From Curvularia clavata (taxonomy: Eukaryota), in assembly GCA_023920165.1 (NCBI GenBank), contig CP089277.1, positions 3,410,001 through 3,474,000 on the forward strand: 64,000 nt of DNA. Reading direction: 5' to 3'. A model generated the notes under the pieces. That model did not search any database and was not told where the DNA came from. It saw only the letters and a list, made by a program, of their open reading frames with translations. The translations under genes were made by a program, and so were the position numbers. Positions 51,044 to 61,300 of the stretch are shown here, one piece after another. Numbering within the stretch: the first letter of the stretch is position 1; the number at the start of each line of letters is the position of its first letter.

Positions 51044-54000
51044 ATGGTCGAGGCTCCTGTCAATGAGTCGAACAAAGCGGGCACACGATCGAGGCCAGGT
51101 GTAAAGCCAGAGAACAAAAAGGCTCCAATGCCAACAAGAAAGAAGCTTCCTCGGCTTGGAGACAACCCACGCAACGCTTTGTACAAAGGGTCTGTTGATG
51201 GCCAGTTTCGCGCCTCCGAACGTACTCCACGTAACACAACCTTCGACGGCCCTCCAAGTGCTGGAAATTCACCATCTCCCAGTACTCATACACCAAACCA
51301 CAAGCCATCTTCGGCGAGTGCTTCATGGGCTGCAGTAGGGAGCAAACTAGTACGAAAGCCAACGTTTGTTCCACCTATTGCCAGTCAGAGCGTTTCGCCG
51401 ACTGAAAGTAGCCCGTCACCAGCTTCAAGACACCAACAGTCTGCAGCTCGAAGGGCATCCTCGGCCTCGGCGAAACTAACTCCAGAGCGGCCTTCACACC
51501 GCTTGTCACTTTCGAAACCCCATAATCATCAGAAACGTCTTTCGATCGTACGAGTCAAGGACAATGTCGATCATCCCAAGGGCAGTGATTACCGCTCGCG
51601 CGCTCACAGTTTGGCACCCATTCCAGATCATCTGGAGCAACCTCCATCACCAGAGCTTGTTCAGATACCGATAGATAGCGGTTCTGAAAGTCCGTCAGCA
51701 CCTAAGGTGACCACAACAAGGGTGCGCACATCCATAGCTCAACTAACCCCATCTCGTAACTCATTTGAGCATGCTACTAGCAGACAAATAAGCAACGCAG
51801 TAGGCGATCTAGAAGATATGGTACAAGAAGCTGTTGATGCTGCTAAGAATACTCATGATCGGAATCAGGTAGAAGAGATATATGGAATTATTGAAGGTGC
51901 CAAAAACGCCATCCAAGAGGCGTCTGCCGGACCTGTACACCTCATGGCCACAGCTACTCCTCTCAAAGCTTCTAGCTCCTCGAGCCCTTCCTCAGGGCCT
52001 TATCATGCAGCGAGGTCCCCTGTCGTCGAGGGAAATGTACTTGAAGACGTTGCACCGAACCGTCCTGAACATTCCGGGCTTCATAGAGCCTCGGTATCGC
52101 ATGACTGGGCCTACTCGAGCCAGGAACATACAAACAAGGAACACTCGTCCATACCAGCAAGTGCTTTGAACGACAGGGCGAACGAACAAGACAACATCAA
52201 ACCAGGGCCTTCCAACAACCCGCTCTTACCAAAGCACGTTAAAGCAGCCCCTAGAGAGCATGTGGATTTTGTTCTCCGTCCTATAGGCCGAGATGAATCT
52301 CGCGGTCGCTCGCGTCAACGAGCTACCAACAAGCCCAGAGCCGACCGGAACCCTCGTAGCCAACACAAAAGCCTTAAACGCGTACACTTGTCCGATTCAG
52401 AACGTAGTCAGAAAGACTCTGATGCCAGCGCAAATGACGTTTCCTCCGGAGATGACCATCCCACAGCGAAAGCGTATGGTAACGAACTCACACTCCGAGG
52501 GCAAATGCAGTATCATACGTTCGACCTGAGACGCCCTCATCGCAGACAACCAATTGCAAGGAATTGGTATACACTCAGGAAGCGCCTCACAGCGACGATA
52601 GCGTGTATCAATACGGCCCTTCTTGGCATTATTGTTGGTATCTATGCAGGTGAGGTACCACGCATACAGTACTCTCTTGCAGATGAGCAGCGCGTCGCCA
52701 TTGTTGGCAATGCAGTCCTGTTCGCCGGGCTTGCTATTTCCACCTTTTTTGCTTGGCCACTACCTCTCCTTCATGGACGAAAGCCCTATATCCTCTCAGC
52801 CCTAGCAACCGCCTTACCACTTCAGTTTCCGCAAGCCATCGTGGTAAGCGGTTTTGGCGACAAGAACCCCGTATTACGCGTTGGCCTCTTACTCGCACGC
52901 ACTGTATCCGGCCTCGTTCTCGGCTTTGCCAATGTGAATTACATCACGGTGTTGCTTGACTTATTCGGAGCCTCTCTGCAGTCCAAGAATCCGCATCAAG
53001 AGTTTGTGGTTGCCAACGACGTGCGCCGTCATGGTGGGGGTATGGGCATCTGGTTGGGAATCTGGTCCTGGTGCTGGATTGGCTCGATCGCTGTGGGCTT
53101 TCAAATTGGTGCTGCAATCATTGAGCGCTTGCCACCGCAATGGGGTTTCTACATCGTGGTGATAATCTTACTCTTCGCTATGGTACTCAACATCATTGCT
53201 CCGGAAACAAGGCGGGCCCAGTACCGCAAATCGGTGACCGAAGTGTATGACAAGGACGAAAACTTTATTACCAGGCGAGTAAACAGAGGAGAAGTAAAGC
53301 TGCACATCTCAACTGAAGGACCAAAGAGTTGGTTTGACGAGATGTGGGCTGGGGTAAAGCTGATGATTATGATGCTTTGCCAGCCAGGTTTCTTCGTCCT
53401 TGCGCTCTATCTGGGCTGGATCTATGCACAGGTCGTGCTGGTTATTGTTCTGTTGGGCGCCCTTCTGTCACGGGACTACAGGTGGAAGTCGTCAGTGGTG
53501 GGCGCAGGAGTCATGTCTGTTGCCATTGGAGCGCTCCTAGCTATCCCCATGACGAAAGCAGGCATTTTCTCCCGCTCCCGCAAGAGATCTCTTCGCACCG
53601 ACTCGATGACATTCGAGAAGCAAATCACTTGGACTAGCCATTTCGTTCGGCGTGGCATCTTCACGCTCGTACTCCCTCTCGTGGGAATGGCCTACACAAT
53701 CTCCTCAGCCGGACGCCCGAAGCCATACATTGTACCAATCATCTTCGCTGGCGCAATTGGGTTTCTCAGTATCCTCGCCATAGCTGAGTGCCATGGCCTC
53801 GTAATGGAGACATTTGATACTTGCGATTTGCAACCTGGAGTCAACACAAAACATCGCCTCCAAAGTATGGCTGTGCAAGATCGCAGAAGAAGAACAAATT
53901 ATTCGTCCTTCCCTCGGGTGACAGCCGGCATCTTCATCAGCCAAGTGATCGCTTTCATCCTCGCCGCTGTGGCGACCATAGTCGGAGGCACAATGACACG

Positions 54001-54370
54001 TAATCTTGGTGCTCAAACATCAACGGCGGCTACAGCGGGTGTTCTCTTGGGTCTGACTATTCTACTGATATTGGTTGTTTTGCGTTTCAAGTCCGTGCAG
54101 GTCATACCAAACCATACTTTCGGAACCCGCCGGGACACTGCAGCATGGGAAGAGTTCAAGGATCTGGAGAAGATGGGTAGAGGCAGCGACTGGAAAGCAG
54201 TGGTGATTGGAAACCCGAGTGGCAAGTTCAGGAGGATGAACGTGCTCGAACTGGGCGCTTTGAGTCGATGGACAGAGATCCGGAAACTGAACTTCTTGAT
54301 CAAAGGGGTAATGTTGGGACAGCCAAAGGAGAAGAAGAAGAAGCAGAGAGACTCGAGATACAGCGAGTAA
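51044..54370 (+). CDS. MFS transporter with a ~500-aa disordered N-terminal extension
   Basis: 1108-aa single ORF. About 12 hydrophobic helices in the C-terminal half (ARNWYTLRKR, PLLHGRKPYIL, APETR). Confidence 0.85.
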   Translation: MVEAPVNESNKAGTRSRPGVKPENKKAPMPTRKKLPRLGDNPRNALYKGSVDGQFRASERTPRNTTFDGPPSAGNSPSPSTHTPNHKPSSASASWAAVGSKLVRKPTFVPPIASQSVSPTESSPSPASRHQQSAARRASSASAKLTPERPSHRLSLSKPHNHQKRLSIVRVKDNVDHPKGSDYRSRAHSLAPIPDHLEQPPSPELVQIPIDSGSESPSAPKVTTTRVRTSIAQLTPSRNSFEHATSRQISNAVGDLEDMVQEAVDAAKNTHDRNQVEEIYGIIEGAKNAIQEASAGPVHLMATATPLKASSSSSPSSGPYHAARSPVVEGNVLEDVAPNRPEHSGLHRASVSHDWAYSSQEHTNKEHSSIPASALNDRANEQDNIKPGPSNNPLLPKHVKAAPREHVDFVLRPIGRDESRGRSRQRATNKPRADRNPRSQHKSLKRVHLSDSERSQKDSDASANDVSSGDDHPTAKAYGNELTLRGQMQYHTFDLRRPHRRQPIARNWYTLRKRLTATIACINTALLGIIVGIYAGEVPRIQYSLADEQRVAIVGNAVLFAGLAISTFFAWPLPLLHGRKPYILSALATALPLQFPQAIVVSGFGDKNPVLRVGLLLARTVSGLVLGFANVNYITVLLDLFGASLQSKNPHQEFVVANDVRRHGGGMGIWLGIWSWCWIGSIAVGFQIGAAIIERLPPQWGFYIVVIILLFAMVLNIIAPETRRAQYRKSVTEVYDKDENFITRRVNRGEVKLHISTEGPKSWFDEMWAGVKLMIMMLCQPGFFVLALYLGWIYAQVVLVIVLLGALLSRDYRWKSSVVGAGVMSVAIGALLAIPMTKAGIFSRSRKRSLRTDSMTFEKQITWTSHFVRRGIFTLVLPLVGMAYTISSAGRPKPYIVPIIFAGAIGFLSILAIAECHGLVMETFDTCDLQPGVNTKHRLQSMAVQDRRRRTNYSSFPRVTAGIFISQVIAFILAAVATIVGGTMTRNLGAQTSTAATAGVLLGLTILLILVVLRFKSVQVIPNHTFGTRRDTAAWEEFKDLEKMGRGSDWKAVVIGNPSGKFRRMNVLELGALSRWTEIRKLNFLIKGVMLGQPKEKKKKQRDSRYSE

Positions 54371-54750
54371 ATTCCGAGATGAGCAGCAGAATGACTTAGT
54401 ATCCTTTTGACCTACATATAGCAACATTGTTGTCGTTGGGAGGAGACCTAATACTTGCACGTGCTTTCATATGATGACGTAAGTGTGGAATTCTAAGGCG
54501 CCTAGTAATTTCTGGAGACAGCATATTTCTGGTTGACCAGAGACTGCTCAGCGAGCCAATTCATTCAATAAATGGCAGACGTGTTGGGAGTGATGTAAAG
54601 ATGGCAATCAATCTCCTGAGCCGCTGAGCGTTCCGACAAGCGGCGCACGGCCCTCCCGGAAAAATCGTCAGCTCACTGCCGGAGCTCCATCCACCCTCAC
54701 GAGCAGACGACCGGCGACAACCCATCTTCCCTCGCTCAATTCGCATCAAG

Positions 54751-55678
54751 ATGTCTCTCGCCGCATCCCGTGCCGTGTTACGGCAGTCGACGTTCACCGT
54801 CCGCCGCGCTGGCATCCGCAATGCCTCGACGACCGCCGAAGCCACTAACACGGTAAAGGACGCCGCGTCAAAGGCACAGTCAAAGGCATCAGAGGGTCTC
54901 TCCAAAGTCCAGAGCTCCGCGAGCTCTGCAGCCTCGAGTGCTGGTTCCGCTGTCAGCAATGCGTCTCAGCAAGCCACAGGCCGGGTAGGAAGGATGGTCA
55001 ACTTCGTACAAGGTTAGTAACACTCATCGTGGGGGGCGCGGGCACACAAGCAATGGCATCGTTTGGACACAGGGCTTCAGAAAGAGCAGAGAGTGAATGG
55101 CGTGGCATCCAATGGGTCGCCAGAGTAGCGATACAGGCCTATCAGGACAGTGGTAGCAGCAGCCAGAGATACATCGATAGGCTTGCGCTGCGCTACTTGG
55201 AGTGCCATCGAAATGATATCATAATCCCATCGGAACAGTCTTCTGACCGTATCACAGGAATCATTCCCCGAGCCACCTACTACGGAAAGGTTGGACTTGA
55301 GCTCGGCAAGCTCATTGCCCAGCAGCGAAGCATGCAGCCACCGTAAGCTTCCCGCAATGACGAGGCACATGTGCGCCTGTTCTGGGGCCAAAGTCACTAA
55401 CAGCTCATAGATCCGTCCAGACGATGCAAAACTACATCCAGCCCGCCTTGAACGCCCTCCGTAACCCAAGCACTCTCTTCAGCCGCCTGGCCAGCGAGGC
55501 CAACAGCGCCACCCAGTCACCCGCCAACGTCCTCGCGCAGATCCGAGAAATCCCCCGCGCACAGTGGTACTCAATGGGTGTGGTTGCTGCCGAAGTCATT
55601 GGCTTCTTCTCCGTGGGCGAGATCATCGGTCGTTTCAAGCTTGTTGGCTACAGGACCAAGAAGGACGAGCACCACTGA
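54751..55678 (+). CDS. ATP20: Mitochondrial ATP synthase subunit g; 3 exons
   Basis: Mitochondrial presequence, YYGKVGLELGKLI..MQPP and AEVIGFFSVGEIIGRFKLVGY (GxxxG). Introns 55013-55257 and 55343-55410. Confidence 0.95.
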
Positions 55679-56121
55679 GTGTGATGAATTTAAAGAAGAC
55701 CAAGACACGACATTCAAGCATGAATCTGGCGCCAAGCCGAGGTCAGATGGGCGGGGAGGGGCTGAGGGAGGAAACACTGTACGATTTCGCGGGCTGATGA
55801 GCCGAGCAAGAGTGTTTGCGGTGCATTCGGGATGGGAGGGATCCACTACTGTATACTGCACATACCTCTGATTTAGATTCCATTTTCTATGTGTGCACTT
55901 TTATTGGCAATGCATCTACTTCAGTAAATGGTCCGTCATAGCCCGTGCTGTGAAGGCGACGTGATCGGCGCTAGTTCGGCCCAAATGGGGCCCAGTTATT
56001 TTTCCAATGCAGCAACCCAACTTTTGCGTCGCGAAACACTCTGAAATAAGCCAACTACACTATGCACGCCTTGATATAGCGCGCACGACATTAGGTTCCT
56101 CGATCTGCCTTCTCCACTGCC

Positions 56122-58380
56122 ATGAACGTGTTCAAACTTCTCTCGCGATCTTCCAAAGCCGCGCAAAGCTCGCCCGCGCAGAAGCTTCCCTCCGCCGGCG
56201 CCGTCGCAAACCCGCAACTCTTCGGTCACGACGAGAGAGAACAGTCGCCCGATTCTTCCAATTCGAACCGCAAAAGAAAGAGGGATCAGAATGGTGTAGA
56301 GACAGATTCCACCTCTTCTGCCCTACCCGCTGACCTCGATTTCTTTGGTGGAGGTGCAGGCAAAGATGCAGACGCCCGCGGGGATACCTTGTCGAAGAAG
56401 CAGAGAAAGAAGCTGAAGAAACAGGAGCGAGAAGAGGCTGAAAATACAGAGAAGGAAGGAAATAACCTCCAGCAAGATCCATACGACTTGGAGGAATGCA
56501 AGAGAATACTACGGTCGCACAAGCTGAAGGTTGCCGTGTTGGAAGACTTTGCGCCACAGGTGGAGGAGTCGCTCAAGGAGAAGAAATCGAAGAAGAAAAA
56601 GAAGGAGCAACAGCAAGTTAAGGACAAGAAGAAAGACACAAAGAAGGTACTATACCCTCAGCCGGTCACATCGTTCGCGCATCTTCGAACACGCTATGGC
56701 ATATCGAGACGACTTGCGGAAAATATAATCGAACAAGGCTACAAGTTGCCAACAGAGGTTCAGCTCGGAGCCCTACCTCTGCTGCTGAGCAAGAAGGGCC
56801 AACAAGCCAGCGTCGGCGCCTCAAAAGAAGCTGAGGATTTGTCTGGCGCGGAGTACAATGGAGATATCGATCTTCTGACGGTCGCACCTACAGGCAGCGG
56901 AAAGACGATAGCGTTTCTCATACCCATCATCAATGCTTTGCTTTCGGAAAGCAAGAATACAGATACCAAGAGCGGACCTCGCGCTGTCATACTTGCGCCT
57001 ACAAGGGAGTTGGCGTCGCAGATTGTGAATGAAGCGAGGAAGCTGGCAAAGGGTACCGCAATCAAGGCTACGCTTATGAGGAAGGGTATGGAGGTGGTGA
57101 GGCACGAGGAAGAGGAAGAAGAGGAAGAGGATGAGAAGGTCAAGGACTTGTCCGATGCCTCTGACGATGATGAGGATACATCTGAATCTGAATCTGAGGA
57201 CAAGGGAGCATCAAAGAAGAAACAGAAAGGCCGTCGGGCAGAGCTTGTCAAAGCTGCGATTCTCGTTTCCACCCCTCTTGCTCTGCTGAATGCGCTGAAG
57301 CGAGGAGATGGTACAGTTGCGAACATCCCTAGTGTATCTCAACTGGTCCTTGATGAAGCCGATGTCCTTCTTGATCCTCTGTTCCGTGAACAAACTCTGG
57401 CTGTGTGGAACGCCTGCACAAACCCAAAGCTGCGGATTGGGCTCTGGTCAGCAACGATGGGATCGAATATCGAAAGTCTAGCTATCTCAACCCTGAACGA
57501 CCGCTGGTCTGCCATTTCATCCTCGCAATCCGGCCTACCCCCGCGACCGCCACTCATCCGCCTCGTCGTCGGTCTCAAAGATAGCGCTATCCCAAACATC
57601 TCCCACCAACTGACTTACGCAGCCACTGAGCAAGGCAAACTGCTTGGTCTCCGTCAACTCCTCCATCCAACCGCTATCTCCAACGACTCAAATCAACCCA
57701 CGCTGCGGCCCCCATTCCTGGTCTTCACCCAAACCATTCCCCGAGCCATAGCACTCCACTCAGAGCTCCTCTACGACATACCCCCAGAGGCAGGCGGTAG
57801 CTCACGCATTGCGGTTCTCCACGCTGACCTTAGCTCCTCCGCCCGTGACAACATCATGACGCGATTCCGTAAAGGCGAAATCTGGGTCCTCATCACAACG
57901 GATCTGCTCGCTCGCGGCGTTGACTTCCGCGGTCTCAACGGCGTCGTAAACTACGACGTGCCTACGTCTGCTGCTGGATACGTCCACCGCGTAGGTCGCA
58001 CGGGGCGTGCTGGTCGCACAGGCGGTGTCGCAGTCACGTTTTACACACAAGACGACATCCCCTACGTCAAGCTCATTGCGAACGTGATCCGTGCGTCGGA
58101 GTCTCTGCGCGGTGTGAGTGCCGATGAAGGAAGCGTGAAGCAGTGGCTGCTAGATGCGTTACCTACGCCTTCGAAGCGCGACAGACAGATGCTGAAGAAG
58201 AGGGGTGTGGAGGCGAGACGAACGGTCAAGGGAGAGAGCAGGATCAGCAGTAAGAGTGGGTATGAGAGACGGATTGAAAATATGCGCAAAGGGGCGAGGG
58301 AGGCGGCGAAGAGGAGGAGAGAGCAAGGAGCGAAAAGTGAGAGTGAGGGGGAGGAAAGCGCTTTTGAGGGGTTTGAGTAG
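56122..58380 (+). CDS. ROK1: DEAD-box RNA helicase Rok1 (DDX52), rRNA processing
   Basis: PTEVQ, APTGSGKT, PTRELASQI, LDEAD, SAT, ARGVDF and HRVGRTGRAG. Rok1-type LVVGLKDSA and ATEQGKLLGLRQL. Confidence 0.93.
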   Translation: MNVFKLLSRSSKAAQSSPAQKLPSAGAVANPQLFGHDEREQSPDSSNSNRKRKRDQNGVETDSTSSALPADLDFFGGGAGKDADARGDTLSKKQRKKLKKQEREEAENTEKEGNNLQQDPYDLEECKRILRSHKLKVAVLEDFAPQVEESLKEKKSKKKKKEQQQVKDKKKDTKKVLYPQPVTSFAHLRTRYGISRRLAENIIEQGYKLPTEVQLGALPLLLSKKGQQASVGASKEAEDLSGAEYNGDIDLLTVAPTGSGKTIAFLIPIINALLSESKNTDTKSGPRAVILAPTRELASQIVNEARKLAKGTAIKATLMRKGMEVVRHEEEEEEEEDEKVKDLSDASDDDEDTSESESEDKGASKKKQKGRRAELVKAAILVSTPLALLNALKRGDGTVANIPSVSQLVLDEADVLLDPLFREQTLAVWNACTNPKLRIGLWSATMGSNIESLAISTLNDRWSAISSSQSGLPPRPPLIRLVVGLKDSAIPNISHQLTYAATEQGKLLGLRQLLHPTAISNDSNQPTLRPPFLVFTQTIPRAIALHSELLYDIPPEAGGSSRIAVLHADLSSSARDNIMTRFRKGEIWVLITTDLLARGVDFRGLNGVVNYDVPTSAAGYVHRVGRTGRAGRTGGVAVTFYTQDDIPYVKLIANVIRASESLRGVSADEGSVKQWLLDALPTPSKRDRQMLKKRGVEARRTVKGESRISSKSGYERRIENMRKGAREAAKRRREQGAKSESEGEESAFEGFE

Positions 58381-61300
58381 GTGTGAGAGTAGTTGAAAGA
58401 AGAGGGAGAAGTGATGATGGGTTTTTTTCTTTTTCTTTATACTAGCTTTAAAAATAGTTGTATGAGTAGAGGAATAAACGCTTGTATATATGACTTCATT
58501 TTCAGCTGACACACTACTCAGGACGTTGTTTCCCTCGGACATTGTTGATTCGCACAGAAAACGATAGAATAGCTAGAGGAGAAAACAGAGTCCTTCGTTT
58601 ATCTATAAGAGTACCGTATAGATACACAATTTTCTATTTCATTAATCAGCGAAGTGAATCGTTGAATGACTACGAGCACGCATAGATATTAACCTAGCTA
58701 ATCTTCTCAGAAATTCTATAGTCATTCCATCTAACTATTCCTTTGGTATTGAATACCCCTGTACCTTTCCTTCTTGTCGTTTTGTGCTACAGTGGTTGGT
58801 GGGTATGTATCTATATCTGGTCTATGCCGCTTCCTTGACTCGCAGTAGCTTGTGAGGACGTATCGCTATATCCTTTATTTCTCTCATGGTATCTCTTTTC
58901 TAAGAAAAAGGTCAGTGGGGTATCGAGCCGACTTGATGGCGTTGGAGCGTTGGATGTGGCCAAGAGAATGATGTGAGATACAGAAAAGATCAGAATGGGT
59001 CTAAGTGAGGGGGTTTGCGGCGAATTTCATGGAGTTTTGCGATAGGAAAAGTCTCTTCAGAGTCTACAGAAAGAATAATGGGGAGGAGGATGTGGCGAAG
59101 TTGGTTGTGTAGTTGTCGTTGGGGTGTGATGGATCTCCTTGTCGTCCCGTTTTTTCTTGGAATTTATGGATGGATGGAGTAATCCGTAATCCAGGCGGGT
59201 GAACATTTCCTTCTAACTACCAATACTAGATCGGGGAATTCCATGCCGGCTGGCTAAAAGATTGCTTTAGGGATTTTTCTTCTTAACAGTAGTAGAGGCA
59301 GCTAGTGTAGGTTGGTTAATAAAACCTAAAGTGGTAAGGTCTGGTGATTTGGTAGATTTTGGTGGAATCCCACAATGATGGTGTTGTTGTAATTTTCTTC
59401 TCATTTCCGTAGGACCGGTGTGGTTTCTTGTTAGGTAAGGGCGGAAAGGGTGCGTCACATGTGCTTTCTGACCCCGCCAAACAAAACACACAACCCCGAA
59501 GAAATTTTGTGTTTCAAGAGAACTCTCGGTCCCTTCTGCTCTTTTGCAAACGAGTCTCGGTCAGTCGCCGCAAAGCCGATGAGTTTTGGTTAGTGCCCTG
59601 GAGTTGGCTAGACTGCAGAGGTCTCAGAGTTTGGAAATAGATCAAAGCCTGAGCGGACACGCCCGGAAAAGGCACTGGACCAATGGACCTTCAGATTGAT
59701 TCTCACAGGATCGAGTTGCCTGCCACAGCTAATGCATGCCACGTTGGACACCACAACAACAGTCTGTTGGTGTAGGCTGATTGCGGTTCGGCAAGGCTCA
59801 GTGGAGGGTGTAAAGGTATGCGAGGCCTGGTGCAACAAGGATGAATCTGCAACAGATCGAGCTTGCTTCTTTAGGCTGCTATTGTCTTCTTAATCAGCAG
59901 GATCTTTCGCTGTCTTGCACCCGAGAGACTGGGGCTGTTATCCGTACTCCAATCCGAGGGCTTGCAGAGCTCCTGGCTTTTTTACAGACTTGTCCCGACT
60001 ATCAGCATATCCGGAGATAGGCCTGCAACGGCATCATGAAGTGGGGTAGGGGAAAATCAACCTGCTTTTGTAGACATGTTGCTACGGTGTGAACTTGCGA
60101 CTGAAGGATTCGCGGACGATAGGAGGAATCCTGAAATCTGTTACTTTTGGCAATTTATGCTAGAAGGTGGAATTCATGACATGATTAGCTTAGATGATAT
60201 GACCCAGAAATGTGGGCGTCTCATTTGACGGTTGGACAGGCACTCCTCTGCAACCAGCGTTCCAGAATGACACCCGAATTATTTTGTGATTCTGCTCGCG
60301 TACCGCAGCCTAATTTCGTTCTGTCCAATGACTCCCTAGTCATGATCCTGTGTGATGTTACTGGTCCGTAGGGTGCAGGAGATATTGCTTTTTTTCTTTT
60401 TACCACGATGCGGGGCGACACCTAGTTTTAAAAGCAATGTGGTGGTCCATGTGGTGTATCTTGAGGATAAAAATGGATTAACAATCGCTTGTCGCGTGTA
60501 ACATGTAATTTGCGTGACGAGTGGTGCAAGTTGTGATACGAAGTAGGCAGGAGCATGACTGCCATGCTCAAGCAGCGCCACCACGCAGGCAGGACATCCC
60601 TCCCTACACCAAGAAGTAGGTTGTGTAACTGAAGCTGCATATAATTGGTAATGTAGACTGAGATACCATGATGCGCCTGTGGTCATTTCCTCGAATCGCT
60701 ACCCTGTATAGTGCTTTTCAGAAAAGGGAGACAGGTGTTTTCAGCTGGCATCGCGCTTTGCGCGACAGGAAACCAGGGTCTTGTGAAGTACTTGCCCATA
60801 TACCTAGCTGGGAAACCACATACCTCTGGGGTTATCCTCGTAATGGTGTCCTTTCTCTTGCCTCAACTTCATCAATGCATAGCAAAGTCAGGAGAGGAAA
60901 CAGCTGATGCTACACCGATAGTTCATATCACGTAAAGCAGAATGTCAGATAAACAGAAGCCACATGGTATGTTTTTTGTTCTTTATCGGGCCGTGATATA
61001 GGGTGTTTGTGCGTCGAGCACGTAAGAACCAAAAGACTGTGAATGTTGAACATCCTAACGATTGCGTTGCACTGCCAGGGTTTGCCACGGGCAAGTCAAG
61101 ATACAAGGTCCACGCATCAACCCCCCACGAAGTTCAAGTACCTTGACGGTACCGGCTTTACTTGCAGGCTAAGGAGGTGCAGCATGAGAAGGAGTCACAG
61201 AGTGGTATATGTCCGAACACTGTTTTCGAGTAGAGTGTGCTCAACAATCTGCACGAGAAGAAACTTTGTGACATAACGCCTGAGGATTTACCAACAGGCC

